64,000 bases of DNA, taken from Octopus vulgaris (taxonomy: Eukaryota). The stretch spans positions 93,868,001 through 93,932,000 of the forward strand of contig OX597815.1 of assembly GCA_951406725.2 (NCBI GenBank), written 5' to 3'. This document shows positions 26,051 to 39,765 of this stretch, one piece after another. The notes beneath the pieces are model-generated. The model had not been told where the DNA came from. It saw only the letters and a list, made by a program, of their open reading frames with translations, and searched no databases. The translations under genes and the position numbers were made by a program. The stretch's first letter is position 1; every line of letters begins with the position of its first letter.

Positions 26051-28969
26051 CGGGCCTCTTTCAGTTTCCGTCTACCAAATTCACTCATGAGGCTTTGGTT
26101 GGCCTGAAGCTATGGTAGAAGACATTCTTTAAAGTATAGAGTTGAATTTAGTGTAGCCACCAGTTGGCAACTTTTCTCCCCCGCCCATTTTGTAGTGGGT
26201 ATTACCCAATTTTCTAGGCTCTTTTCACAGCTATATCCCATTCGAAATTTGCATTAGTTTTTGTGTGACGAACAAAAAAAGAGGAAGGGAGGGGGCTTGT
26301 TTGTAGAGAAAATGTTAAACATGCCTGAAAAAAAACATGACCTTTCCCTACAACTAAAAGACATGAAGAACTATGAAAAAAGGCGAATGAGTACCGGGGG
26401 TGGGGGGAAAGAAGAGAAAACTAACATTCGATTGTTCTAGAACTCACAGAATAAAAACATAAACACCTGAAACACTTTCCCTCTATTCATTTCTAAATGT
26501 CTTTCCCTCTTCTTCATTGTTAAAAGTAAAGAAACTAGAAAAGATCAAACACATTTCAGTCTAATTGTCATTGTAGATGACTGATGCTTTCCTTTGTCTC
26601 TCTCTGTCGCTTCAATCTTTCTCTCTCTAGTTAAGAGAGTGGAGGTGCATAGCTCAGTGGTTAGGGATATTCGGCCCACGGTCATAAAATCATGAGTACA
26701 ACTCCCTGTGGCACACTGTTTTTGAGCAAGGTACTCTACTTCACCTTGCTGCAGTCCACTCAGCTGGCAAGAATGAGTTGTAGCTGTAATTCAAAGGGGC
26801 CAACCTTGTCACATTCTGTGTGAGGCTGAATCTCCCTGAGAACTAGGTTATGGTATGCATGTCTGTGGAATACTCAGCCACTTTTACATTAATTTTATGA
26901 GCAGACTGTTCTGTTGATCAGATAAACAAGAACCTCATCATCATAACTGAGGGCCATTTTTAAAAAGGAGTGAAAGAAAAGAAAATGTTCCATATCGTAA
27001 GGCAAACATGTCGTGTTTAGCATAAGCAGTGAAAGCTAAGACAAAATAATTGCTATTCCGTTGTATATTCACCTTCGACTTGCTCAGTTTGATAACAACA
27101 GCCTGTGCATCTGTGTTTATCTGGGGGCTTGGCCTCCAGATCTGTGAGACCCACAAATGCTGCTCTATCTTCTATAACACCTTTGAACCCAAGTCTACTC
27201 AATTAGAGCTGACTTAAGTCTTAACTATAAGAATAAACTTTATTTCTTTCAGAACACATGAATGTTTCACTTACTTACCAAACATTTGGTTTCTCAAACT
27301 TAGCTATTTTATAAACATTGTAATTTATTATTTAATTCTATAGTAAATTTATATTTTTGTCTTGGCATTTGCTTTTTTTTTTTTTTTTTGCATTTGCTTC
27401 TCAACCACATAGTTTGGGATTCAGTCCCACTGTTGAATCTTGGGCTGGTATTTTCAATTGCAGACACTTGTCCAAGGCTGACCAATGCTTTGTGAGTTAA
27501 TTTAGTAGAAGTAAACTATATAAAGTATATTCTCTGTGTGTGTGTGTGTGTCTGTCTGTCTGTGTCTGTGTGTGAATGCACATGTATGTAATGGTGAACT
27601 TTTTTGACATTTCTTGTCAACAAATCATCCTCTAGCTCTGTTTCCAAAGATGCGTGAGGAAATAAAAAATCTCTTACGTGTAAAACAGGTAAGGGTTAGT
27701 GACAGGAAGGACATCTAGCTGTAATGAACACTGTACATTTCTGAAGTGACTTCTTAATGTTTTATGTAGAATTTTTTTTTTAAATTGTTCATTTTACCGT
27801 TACAGAGGGGCTTTTGAAGTAATATTATTTAAATATATTATTTATTCTTTGATTTAATAATTTTCTTTTTAATATAAACAAGTAAGTTAGAATGTTTTGC
27901 ATTTGAAATTATTTTAGTATCAGAATATTCTACCCACCCTGTTTATCATATGTGACTTCTTCACAACTTCTCAAGAGCTTCTCAATTTACTTGACTTTGG
28001 ACTGGTTCTTTATTAGCTTCAAGAGGATGAAAGGCAGAAGGGTTTGAACTCACTCAGAGCATAAAGTATTAGAACAAATATAAGGTACCATGATACTCTA
28101 ATGACTCTGCATGTTAGATAAAAATTTTAAAATAAAAATAAAAACTGTTAAATATTTTAATATCATCAAAGTCAAAATGTTTTGTTCAGTTTTCCAGAAC
28201 ACTTTTTATAAATATTTCATCTGCTCCTTAGTAATACTTAAGGCAGGTATGGACAACCTTTTTCAAGTAGCAGGATGCATTACCAAAATTCAGGTAATTT
28301 TTTCATGCTGTGTCATGCAGAAAGTACCATGGGACACAGGCTGCCCATTAAACATAATGCCCATTATTTCACACACTTATTCTTAAGGCAGTATTCTATG
28401 GTCAGATGTCTTTCCTGACACCAACCCTTGTTTTTAAGTAACATGCTTTATTTCATGATTTTGCATGTTGAACTGCCAAGGAGTGTCAATGTGGAGACAA
28501 CCCCCCCCCCACACACACACATGTATTACAGTTCCTATCTACCAAATTTCATTCAGGAGGTATTGGGTTGACCTGAAGCTATATTAGAAGATACCTGTCT
28601 AAGATGCCATGCAGTGAAAATGAAACAAAATCACTTGATAAGGAAGGAAACTTCTTAACCACACAGCCATGTAAAAGTGCCTGTGCCAGTGCCACATAAA
28701 AGCCCCTGTGCCCATATCAGTGCCACATAAAAGCTCCTGTTCCCATGCCAATGCCACAAAAAGCACCCAGTATGCATCCAGCCATAGAAACCATACCAAA
28801 ACAGACAAATGGAGCATGGGCAGCTGGCCAGATCCTGTCAAATCATCCAAACCATGGAGAATGGACGTTAATTGATGATGATAATATTTCCTAGTAGTTA
28901 GGATGTTGGGCTTGTGATCATGGCTTCAATCCCTGGAATGGGAAGCATGTTGTGTTCTTGGATAGTATT

Positions 28970-29903
28970 TACAAAGTATAATATTACTAATGTAAAAACA
29001 AATGAGCATTTTAACAGCATCAGAAACTAGAATTTTGCAATATTATTTTATTCACTTAGTTTTACATGTTTACGCCTTCAAAGTATTCTCCATTTGAAGT
29101 AATGCGTCAATCCAGGCACATTTTCCACTATTCAAAGCAGTGCTAGAACTCATGTAAAGTGATGCCTTCTAACGCCTCTGTTGTTTTTTCATTCACCTCT
29201 TCCACATCTGTAAATTCTGTAGTACCAGCTTTTGTCACCAGTGATGACCTCCGAATAAAGATCTGGATCAACTTTGACTGGTCTTTCAGTTCATGACATG
29301 TGTTCAGTCGTGACTGCTTTTGATCTTTCATGAGCAAGCAAGGCAAAAATTTTGCTGCAACTCTTTTTATTCGCAATTCCTTTTTATTCAAAATTCGTTA
29401 GCAAGAGCTCCAGGACACACTAGTCATATCAACAAGTTTGTTAACTGTTTGGTGATGGTCCTCCAAGTTCAGTTCATGAATTTTTATGATGTTTTCATTC
29501 ATTCAGGAGGTTGGTAGTCGTCCTGAACAAGGTTGGTCTTCAAGCAACAAGTGACCATTCCTAAAGCGTGAAAACGACTTGTAAACTTGTGTTTTGTTCA
29601 TGGCAGTGTCCTTGTAAGCTGTTTGGAGCATGACAACTGTTTCAGCCAGTTTTCCCAAGCAGAAAACAAAATTTCACAGAAGCACGCTGTTGCTTTGTTT
29701 TAGTCATTGCAAAAATCAAAGAACGGGTGAAGCACTGCAAAAGAAAGACACATCACATAGCAGTACGACACCACCCGACATCACTGGTCAGCAGATTGAT
29801 GCCTGAGAGTCACATCCAGTGACTTCTAGCAGCTGTAAGCCTGAACTACAATGGGTTTGACTCACAAAGAATGTTTCCACTTACTTTTGGGTACCTCTTC
29901 GTA
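28970..29903 (-). mobile_element. Degenerate, internally deleted mariner element
   Basis: ORF remnant RVAAKFLPCLL (WVP-like), FTDVEEVNEKTTEALEGI and a GEYFEG C-terminus; tacgaagaggtacccaaaagt-like end at 29903. Confidence 0.75.
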
Positions 29904-30179
29904 GGTATGGTTAAGTAGTTCTCTTCACAGCCGTGTAGTTCACTCTGGTCTAGTCTTGTCATCATGTATCATATTCTTTGTGCAGTGCATTGATAATGCT
30001 ACTACAAAAGTGTTCCCAATGAAGCACAAGTTTGTTCATTGGAGAAAATGATTAGAAGCTCATACAACCCTCCATCTCTCACATCCTTAGTATTCCAGTG
30101 GGTCAAGTACAGGATTGCTGAGAGGGTGTCTATGTACGTTGAGACAACATAGTCACCTGAAGCAATTAATAAAAGATTG

Positions 30180-30392
30180 GTAGCTGGCAGAAACATTAGC
30201 ACGTTGGGCGAAATGCTTTGCGGTATTTCGTCTGCCGCTGCGTTCTGAGTTCAAATTCCGCCGAGGTCAACTTTTCCTTTCATCCTTTTGGGGTTGATAA
30301 ATTAAGTACCAGTTACGCACTGGGGTCAATGTAATCGACTCAATCCATTTGTCCCCTCTGTGTTTAGCCCCTTCTGGGTAGTAAAGAAATAG
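30180..30392 (+). mobile_element. Nin/Deu-domain-like SINE; relatives at 15094-15266(-), 15391-15570, 12770-12930, 54805-54980 and 1200-1310(-)
   Basis: gctggcagaa..ttagcac..gagttcaaattccgccgaggtcaactttNcctttcatcctt..ggggttgataaa..agtaccag. Confidence 0.75.
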
Positions 30393-30448
30393 GTACTTGC
30401 AGCAAAGTCACATTCACTTGCAAGTGGTGCCAATGGCTTATATACATA

Positions 30449-30481
<33 letters not shown>

Positions 30482-30486
<5 letters not shown>

Positions 30487-31211
30487 ACAATTAAGGATAA
30501 CTTCTTAATAAGGAATCTTAACAAGAAATTATCAGGTAGTTAGCGTGAAAACCTCATAAAAGAAAAGAATTCGAAAATAATTTTTTTCTTTTGAACAAAT
30601 TAATTATATCTATATTGTATAGAGGGCATTATTACACATAAATGCCTCACACTAAGAGGGACAAAGTTATTACTACCAAAATTACACTAATCATACCTAA
30701 ATGCAGTTCTTCAAAGCAAGACATTTAAAAAATGAATTTAGTTCTGTATCACCGTGATTTCACATTTAACTTACGTCTTATGATCCTCAGCAGAACTGAT
30801 TCTGAACACATCATAAATAAACCACTAACCTTACCTAGCGAAGACGAACAGACATCTATTCACTCCGGCCAAGCACATGGAATGTTTATAAATCATATAT
30901 TTGGTAAATGGCGGGCTTTTTCGAACTGCATGTCGGATAAGAAAAGTATTTCGGAATAAATTTAACAATTAAGGATAACTTCTTAATAAGGAATCTTAAC
31001 AAGAAATTATCAGGTAGTTAGCGTGAAAACCTCATAAAAGAAAAGAATTCGAAAATAATTTTTTTCTTTTGAACAAATTAATTATATCTATATTGTATAG
31101 AGGGCATTATTACACATAAATGCCTCACACTAAGAGGGACAAAGTCATTACTACCAAAATTACACTAATCATACCTAAATGCAGTTCTTCAAAGCAAGAC
31201 ATTTAAAAAAT
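30482..31211 (-). mobile_element. Penelope-like pLTR / non-LTR retrozyme-like unit (1.5 tandem copies of 478 bp) in a (TA)n tract
   Basis: 30483-30733 repeats at 30961-31211 with one mismatch seen; contains a hammerhead motif; (TA)n on both flanks. Confidence 0.75.
30740..30797 (-). ncRNA. Type I hammerhead ribozyme motif
   Basis: AGUUCUG-CUGAGGA-u CAU aa GAC guaa GUU aa AUG u-GAAA-UCACgGUGA-UA-CAGAACU: 7-bp stem I, palindromic stem III, U.U mismatch at the base of stem II. Confidence 0.7.
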
Positions 31212-31379
31212 ATATATATATAAAACCATGAAGATTAATATAATCAGTATTACACCTTATACTAATGTCAACACTAATATATATATTAAAAAAATCAATA
31301 AGTACAAGAAATTCCTGAAAGAATATGGCCATTCTCATGGCTGATTGAATGTTAGGGGCTTGACACAAACATCACTCCT

Positions 31380-31725
31380 TATTATACTTGTAGTACAGCC
31401 AGATATTTTGCTAGGAGTCATTCTTACCTAGTTCTTCATATCACCACCCCATCTTCATCCCCTAAGGGTGTAGGCCCTGATAATGTGGATGTAATATTTC
31501 AGTTTTCCCCATCTGACTATCATTGCTAAGTTTCATTCTGCTCCCACCTCCTCCAAGACTGAACCATTGATTCAATAGGCCACCCTACTAATCTGCAGCA
31601 TTCATCTGTAGCTCATCATCTATAGTTACTTGGTATCAACCATTCTTAGGGTCCATGCTTCAAACCCATATAAGAGTACTAGTCAAACTATGGTTTTTAT
31701 AAGTTTCAGCTTGGCACTTTTGGTG
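31380..31725 (-). mobile_element. Old RTE/BovB-like LINE 3' fragment
   Basis: KLKLIKTIV..VLLYGFEAWTL and KLKYYIHIIR remnants with stops. Confidence 0.55.
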
Positions 31726-32559
31726 AGCATGCACTCGATAAAGATAAAATAACAGGATATAAATTATTCCAGGTGGGTCGGTGGGGGTGCAAAACGCTCA
31801 TGGTTGGGATGCTATTGATCATTCATGAATTCAATCAAGACTAACCTGGAGATAAACAACAATAGAATATATCAGGGGTGACCTAGTTGTTTGATAAGAC
31901 TCACATTTTTTGTTTTACATTTAAGAGCCATGATATATATGTTATAATTAAATTTCCCAATATATACCATTACACATTTTTTTCTCACTAGACTGATTAA
32001 CCTTTGGTTGTTGAAGGCTTTTATTAAGTCTTCATTTTTGTTGTTAATGCTTTTAACTATTGCTGGTATGATGTTAAAAGTTGTTTTTAAGAAAAAAGCC
32101 ACATTGAAACCTGCTAGACACAGTAGCTTTGAGATCTGTAGTTTGGCACCATTGGAATATACTAGAATAGCTTAAAAAGGGTAGTTTCTTTTAAACATTT
32201 TTTCTAATAAAGGCATTAAGTGGATGAGATAATTAGTAGAGCACTAGATAATGTCTTGCTGTATATATTCTTCATATTTAACCATTATCTATTTTGTCAA
32301 TATAATTCAAGTGATTGCACCCCACATTGTTTTACTTATAACAGTGACAATACAAAGCCACAAAGTTTGTATTAAGTCAATGATAATAAGATTAAGATAA
32401 TCCACAGCTAAACTATGTTATTTACATGTAGGTTTTGTCTTATTTATGGCAGATTAGTCAGAGAAAGAACACTCATGAACTTTCTGCAAAGCCTCCAAGT
32501 CTTAATATTTGCAACAGACTAATATTTGCTAAAGGCATTCAGAGACCAGATGATATTAA

Positions 32560-32779
32560 CCCGTTAGCATTCAAATTACTTTCTCAAATGTAATGCTTAT
32601 TTATTCACATTATTTTGAACTAATTGTGCATTATCTTTTAGCTTAAAGATTTCAATGATGTGACTGTACATTTTTAGAATGACATTGTAGGGTGGATGTG
32701 AATAGCTGAATTTGGCCAGTTTGAACATAAAACATATAGAATATTTGGACTGGATATAACTGGTTTAAATATTAAAGGG
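32560..32779. mobile_element. piggyBac-type MITE (second family, older)
   Basis: TTAA|cccgttagcatt ... aatattaaaggg|TTAA. Confidence 0.7.
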
Positions 32780-34379
32780 TTAAACTGGGCAGCAGATTAA
32801 GTTTATCACCCAAGAACAATAGGATGAAGCTAGAACTATATGACTGTGAAGAGAACTACTTAACCATACAATATGTTCATTTGTTTTTACATTAGTAATA
32901 TTATATTTTGTAAATATTAGGAAAATTCTGTAATAAAACATTGAAATATTTAGTATTATAAATTAGAAATTGAAAAACTATTAAGTAGGTATAAGCATGC
33001 TGAGTGTTTAAAAAGTTCTCTTCGCAACTGCATGCAGTAGGGGTTCAAGTCCTAGTGCATACCTTAGGCAAGTATCTTCTAAGCCCTAGCCTGAATCTGT
33101 GTGGAAGCCCATCATGTATATATGTATGCTAAGTTTGTTTCTCATTGCTCGACTAGTATAGGCTTGTTTACATCTCCATAACTTAGCAGTTCAGCAAAGA
33201 GGCCAGTAAAATAAGTACTCTGCTTATAAATAAACACTGGGAACTAGTTCATTAACTAATACCATCAAGGTGGTGCCCCAGCATGGCTGCAGTTCAATGA
33301 CTAAAAGAGTAGGACAACAGTAGTTACTTTCATTATTTACAACAAACAAGATGAGGACAAATATCTGTCAAATGTAAATAATGTACACAATTCCTTATCT
33401 CTTAAATATAGAACTGTAGTAGTTACTTTATTTAACATTTTGGGTATATATTATCAATTATTCCTTAGATTAAATCTTTTACCAAACAAGTGCAACTGAG
33501 ATACTGAAAGGAAAATATTAGATTATGACCCTGTCATATTAACCTGTAAAAAAGATAGACTTATTTTAATATATCATGTGTAGACACACATCATCATCAA
33601 ATATCAGGGTAATGCATAGTGCAGTAGAGCATCAAAGAGGTTGTAGAAGTACAGAGACTATAGTCATACTTTTAAGTCTGTTTTGCAAGAATTTCAGGTT
33701 GGAGCTCATTCTGGTTTCCAAAGTGTATGACTCTGACTGAGTACAAGACTCCTCTCTGAATAGGACATCAATTTGCCATAAGTTTCACCCTCAGCTATTG
33801 CCAATACTGATTTTCACAGGGTAGATTCAAGTAGCATGAAATAAAGTACCTTGCTCAAGGACACAACTTGCTACCTAATCCGGAAATTAAATCCACAACC
33901 GTCACATATGAAGTATCAAAGTAATAAAACATCTCTATATATATAAAACTGAGAATGTATGTCTGTCTGTCTGTGTGTTTCCCTAAAACTTGAGAACTAC
34001 ACAACCAATTTCATTCAAATTTTACACATGCCTTACTAGGGCGACCCCACAGCAATATCATATCTTCTCCTCTATTTCAGTATTACGTGTTAAAAGTGAA
34101 ACACTTTTATAATGCAGACACTTTCACTATTAAAGTGAAAGTATTATATAACAGGGATGAACCATTAACAATGGTCATCCATTTTGCTAGAAGAAGATCT
34201 GCTATGGTCTTATATGCTACACCACTGGTTTTCAATTCATATTAATGAAATTAATATTCAATTTTTCACCCTTATTATGTGTGTATTAGCAATTTGTATA
34301 AAATTGCATCAATGACTTGAACTTGAATAAGTGGTTTCACATAAATGGGGATAAATTAAAAAGGTTTGTTGTTATTATT

Positions 34380-35537
34380 ATTACTGTTTGACTATTGTGA
34401 TCACGTTTGTTGGTTCCTTGTCAGGGAAGCGTTGTTGTGTTGCATTTGTTAAATAATTGTAAACCGTAACCCTCCCCCTTTCGGAGAAGGGGCTTTGGTT
34501 ATTGTTTAAAAATTGAATTGTGTCCCTGTTTGGGGAAATTGACAATATTTTCACCATCTTTACGGAAGCATTTTTGTTAAAATGCCTTCGATAGAAAAAA
34601 GTCCAAAAATGAATTTCGCTGCAGCCGTACACTTCTATACAAGAGGGAGGACAAGATCCAATTGATCGAAATTGCAAGAGATGGGCCTACAATTCCAATT
34701 TTTGAAAAATTTTTTGAAAATTTTCCCCAAAAATTTTTCAAAAATTTCTTGAAACATTTCCCCATAAATTTTTGAAAAATTTTCCCCAAAAATTTTTGAA
34801 AAATTTTTTGAAAACTTTTCCCCAAAAAGTTTTGAAAAATTTTTTGAAAATTTTCCTCAAAAATTTTTTCGGGAATTTTCCCCAATATTTTAGAAAAATT
34901 TTTGAAGAATTTCTTGAAAATTTTTCCCAAAAATTTTTGAAGAATTTTTAGAAAATTTTTCCCCAAAATTTTTGAAAAATTTTCTGCTAATAGCTGCTGC
35001 AGCCGCAAGTTATTCGAATACTTTTTTTGTTTACACTTTCTTTATAACTACCACCCCAAACGTTTTAGCTTAAATTTTTTACGTACCCTAAGGGTCCTCG
35101 GACGCTACTTGCAAACTCTTGGTTTATTATAAACCGCTTTTGTCGTGTGCATCAAAAAACCTTTTCCATTCGTTTGTTCAGTTTGGTCACTTTTGACTTT
35201 TTCGTTGTTGTCACTCACATTGCTGCCCGCTTTTTTGCTGTTTTTGTACATTTTTATACATTTTGGGATACTTAACCCACGTGTTCCGAGAGTTAAAAAG
35301 GTCTGTAGAAAATGTGTTGCATATAAAAAGCTTAGATTCTCGACCCATGTCGAATTTATCGATTTTTTTTAAGAACTGGGGGAACTTCTCAAAATTTTCG
35401 CTGCGTTAGTTTTGAATTATGACATTGGGCTATGTGTGTGTCGAGTTTCATCAGAATCGGTTGAAAGCCGTGGTCAGGGTGAGGGTACAACCTGACAGAC
35501 ACACAGACAGACAAACTGCCGTTTATATATAGAGAGA
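34380..35537 (-). mobile_element. Helitron-like element with A/T-tract satellite; similar 5' ends at 33932(+) and 25443(-)
   Basis: A|TCTCTCTATATATAAAC...gtctgtctgtgtgtctgtc...ccgattctgatgaaact head; 3' boundary uncertain. Confidence 0.5.
34695..34985. repeat. A/T-tract satellite (aatttttgaaaa / attttccccaaa subunits of about 11-12 bp)
   Basis: Direct observation. Confidence 0.9.
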
Positions 35538-36214
35538 TGCATACAAAGAAAGAAACAGTCATCAGGAATGTACGTATGTACATACTTGATGACTGCAACT
35601 TAATTTTGATCAATGCCATTGCTTAAGCATAAACAGAATGGTTATGGCTTTCCATTACCCTTCGAGATCTTCATTTTTTGCATAGATGTGGCAATGATGG
35701 ATGCCTCTTGAAGCAGCTGTTCAGAGAACATATCACCCATTGACGCATGCTTTCATTCCATCATGGAATTTTTCGTTGAGTATTATTTTCTTTTTCGGTT
35801 ATAGCCAGTCATATGATGCAACTCATAATGGAGACGTTAATAGAGATATTAAATAATCAAGCGATTCGTGTACCTGAAACATTTTGTAATAAGGCCTCGT
35901 TCAAGGTCGATCTAGCTCTCTAAATAACGTATGCAATTACCTAAAACTAAAGAGTTGTCTAAATCATTAGATGCAAACAAAATTGCACATGTTACATCGG
36001 AGTTTTCTTTCTGGAGAGACTGACTAAATGATCTAGATGAAGAACTTTCGTGCAGTTCTATGGATGATGTCTCTGAGAGAGTCCCATCTCTGCTGAACAT
36101 TGTCCCCCTGATGGGTCTGCAAAGATTGCATCTCCCAGTGTCTTGAAGAATACATGTCTTAGTTGGGTGTTGATTTGAGGTAGCACTGATGCGCTGCTAT
36201 ATACATACATACAT

Positions 36215-36750
<536 letters not shown>

Positions 36751-36766
36751 ATATATATATATATAT

Positions 36767-37160
36767 AGTCACTTTTGTGACCTCTATTGATTTTGCCTTT
36801 ATGCTTTAATTGCTAATAAGCCACACTTTTTAATTTATTGTTTACACTTTTACCGTTTTGAAAATCAGCACATTTTCAACGGTTTTTCTTGTAAGACTGA
36901 TAGAAGCAGTCGTGCTTAACTCTAGGCTTTAAGAGTCGCTGATGAAGATTAAGATGGCCTGCATCAAAATCTGAAATTGCGATCCGGCTATGCACGCTGG
37001 GGACTTACCTCTCTTTATCAGTCATTAAGTTCAGTGCTCTTGTGGCTTTGAGTTATTTTAACAAAAACTGTGCTAGTCAGTACCATCTGTCACTTTTTTT
37101 ACCTCTATAATAAAATCGCCTTTATTTAATTGCTAATAAGCTACTCTTTTTTTAATTTGT
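36767..37160 (+). mobile_element. Penelope-like pLTR / retrozyme-like unit (about 320 bp with partial terminal redundancy)
   Basis: gtcactttt...acctctat...tttaattgctaataagc occurs at about 36768-36840 and about 37089-37160; hammerhead between them; preceded by (TA)n. Confidence 0.65.
36934..36989 (+). ncRNA. Type I hammerhead ribozyme motif
   Basis: AGUCG-CUGAUGA-AGAUU aa GAUG gccug CAUC aa AAUCU-GAAA-UUGCGA-UC-CGGCU: all core nucleotides present, stems I and II paired, short self-complementary stem III. Confidence 0.8.
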
Positions 37161-37175
37161 GAGTGAATATATGTA

Positions 37176-37400
37176 GAGGCGCAATGGCCTAGTGGTTAGG
37201 GCAGCGGACTCGCGGTCGCAGGATCGCGGTTTCGATTCTCAGACCGGGCGTTGTGTGTGTTTATTGAGCGAAAACACCTAAAAAAGCTCTACGAGGCTCC
37301 GGCAGGGGGTGGTGATCCCTGCTGTACTCTTTCACCACAATGGCGGTGCCCCAGCATGGCCACAGCTCAAGAGCTGAAACTGGAAAAACAAAAACAAAAA
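37176..37400 (+). mobile_element. Young tRNA-derived SINE (cephalopod OR/OK-like head); older relative at 26641-26942
   Basis: tggcctagtggttag A-box, gtttcgattc B-box, CpG-rich; shares the cagcatggccacagc tail with the 14004 family. Confidence 0.75.
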
Positions 37401-38414
37401 ACAAAATATATATTTATATGTATGGTGTGAGTGGGTGTGCGTGTAAGTAGATATATCTATACATGTGTGTAAGTGTGTGTATGCACACGCGTGCATCTGT
37501 GTATGTATATGCGAGTGAGTATAGGTGTACGCGAGTTCGCGTACATATCCGTATATGTGAGCGTGTGTATATATCCGTATGTATATGTGTGTGTAGATTT
37601 TATATATGTGTATGTATATGAATGTATATGTGTGTGTGTGCGCGCGCATATATGCGTGTATGTGTCCGAGTGTTGAATCTTAAAGGCCAACTAAGGAGAA
37701 TCATATGTGTAACCAACCATGAAGGACAAATCAACAGTACAAAGAAATAAAATACCAATCTCTTTAAAACGGCAACCACTTTAAGAGTACGAGAATCACC
37801 ATCCCACTACATTTACGCATTCAAAGCAGTTTACCAACAACATACCCTGATAGGCTTTGTGACTACTACTAAATTAAGGCCACGACAGAGAGATAGAATG
37901 TTCTTGAAGCCGAGGATTTTAAATTTACAGAGACAATATTTACATATCACCTGAGGAAACACAACTAGATCTCATAATGCAGGGAAATAGTTTCTTAATC
38001 AAGTACCTGCACATCTGGAGAACTACGTTGCGTGCAAACAATTGTAGTGATTAAAAAATAAATGTCCAACCGTACCCTTCTTGTTGACTCCAATTTTTCA
38101 ATTATCTATTCACACACGACAGATGCCCAAACGCAAACCTGGAAATACATATAATACTACTACTGGAAAGCACAGTTTAAATGTGAAAGTGCACGAGCGA
38201 GCTTTATACTGTATTCTACTATATTCTTAACAGAATATACTATAATTATATATATACATATATAAGACGGGCTTCTTACGGTTTATGTCAACCAGATATA
38301 CTCACAAGTCTTTGGTCGGCCCGAGTCTATAGCAGAAGACACTTGCCCAAGGTGTCACGCAATAGTACTGAACCCAGAACCATGTGGTTGGGAATACATA
38401 TATATTTATATATA

Positions 38415-39765
38415 TCTGTATATATATACGGCAAGATGTGTGTGTGTACGTGATTGTAGTTTATGCACATCCACAAATTAGCACGCATGTCGCTTAAATT
38501 TTAGGACATTCGTCAACATCCTATCTGGGTTTTGTCAACTTATTTTGTTCCCGAGGCACCCGCAGATAGCAGTAAAAATCTATTTTCAGCCATAACTTTT
38601 AGCGGTAAAAATCTATTTTCAGCCATAGCTTTTTGACGGCGTCTAACAAAAAAAAAACAAACAAGATAAGAAAAGTGGAAGAAGAGAGGCAGAGAGTGTC
38701 ATGGGAAAGACAAAGTGAGAGAGGGAGAGAGAGGAAGTGACGACGGTCATAAAAATCTATTTTCAGCCATAGCTTTTTGACGGCGTCTAACAAAAAAAAA
38801 ACAAGATAAAGAAAAGTGGAAGAAGAGAGGCAGAGAGTGTCATGGGAAAGACAAAGTGAGAGAGGGAGAGAGAGGAAGTGACGACGGTCATAAAAATCTA
38901 TTTTCAGCCATAGCTTTCTGACGGCGTCTAACAAAAAAAAAAAACAAGATAAAGAAAAGTGGAAGAGAAGCAGAGAGTTTTACGGGAAAGACAAAGTGAG
39001 AGAGAGAGAGAGAGTAAGTGACGACGTTCATAAAATATAAAATGCTTTGTCTTTTCTTAAACATGAGATATAGTGTTCAAATTCAGGATGTTTTAGAAAG
39101 ACACTATATTTTATAATCATAGCATATATACTTTCTCACACAACAATTACAATATATTTATTTTAAATCATTTATTTATTTTAAATCGTTCATCTTTCTC
39201 CCCTCCCTCTCTCACACATTACTTTGGGTGCGAAAGAGTTTTGTTTATATTTTACGCCAAGTAAAAAAGTGTTTTGTTGACAATCCATTATTTAACAACA
39301 AAGATGTGAGGGATCTTTTGCAATTTGTCAGTGAATTGCACAATATAAATGGGTACAATTTCTGAGGTTTCCACCACACCCACTCCGTTTCACGGACCAC
39401 AAAAAGGGTTTTGTAGCATATTAGGCAGCCAGAGTAGTTGATTCCACGCAAAAAAAAAAAAACGATTATTTTTCTTAGTGAAAATCGTGCGAGTGTTAAT
39501 CTACAAGTTTAACAACATTTTTCCATTCATTTCTGTTTAGGAACATGCACAAAACATGCAATAGGTGTACGTAAGTACATGTGTGTTCGTGTCTGTTGCC
39601 CATATATATTTATATTATATTATATTATATATATATAATATAACCAATTTCAACGGATTTTGCCCAAATTTGACGTCGATATTACTTAGTTTGGTTTGAA
39701 ATAAAGAACTTGATTAGCTTAATAATCGTAACTTAATCCCGGGCAAGGCCGGGTTATACTGCTAG
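38415..39765 (+). mobile_element. Non-autonomous Helitron-like element
   Basis: A|TC(TA)n-microsatellite 5' end; 3' hairpin cccgg-gcaagg-ccggg then CTAG|T; contains a tandem array of about 140-bp units. Confidence 0.65.
38575..39030. repeat. Tandem array of three about 140-bp units plus a partial unit
   Basis: aaaaatctattttcagccata..gacggcgtctaac..gggaaagacaaagtgagag..gtgacgacg repeated. Confidence 0.92.

Noticed and set aside
23400-28400. Possible third gene between LRMDA and HP1BP3 (e.g. ORF 25148-25639)
   Set aside because: No consistent exon chain or recognisable protein; the ORF overlaps a Helitron-like element.
37176-37260. tRNA-like sequence
   Set aside because: No proper acceptor stem; it runs into a SINE body and shared SINE tail.
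38575-39030. Regular repeats resembling a CRISPR array or repeat protein (ORF 38599-38934)
   Set aside because: Whole units repeat with no unique spacers; eukaryotic Helitron-internal tandem repeat.
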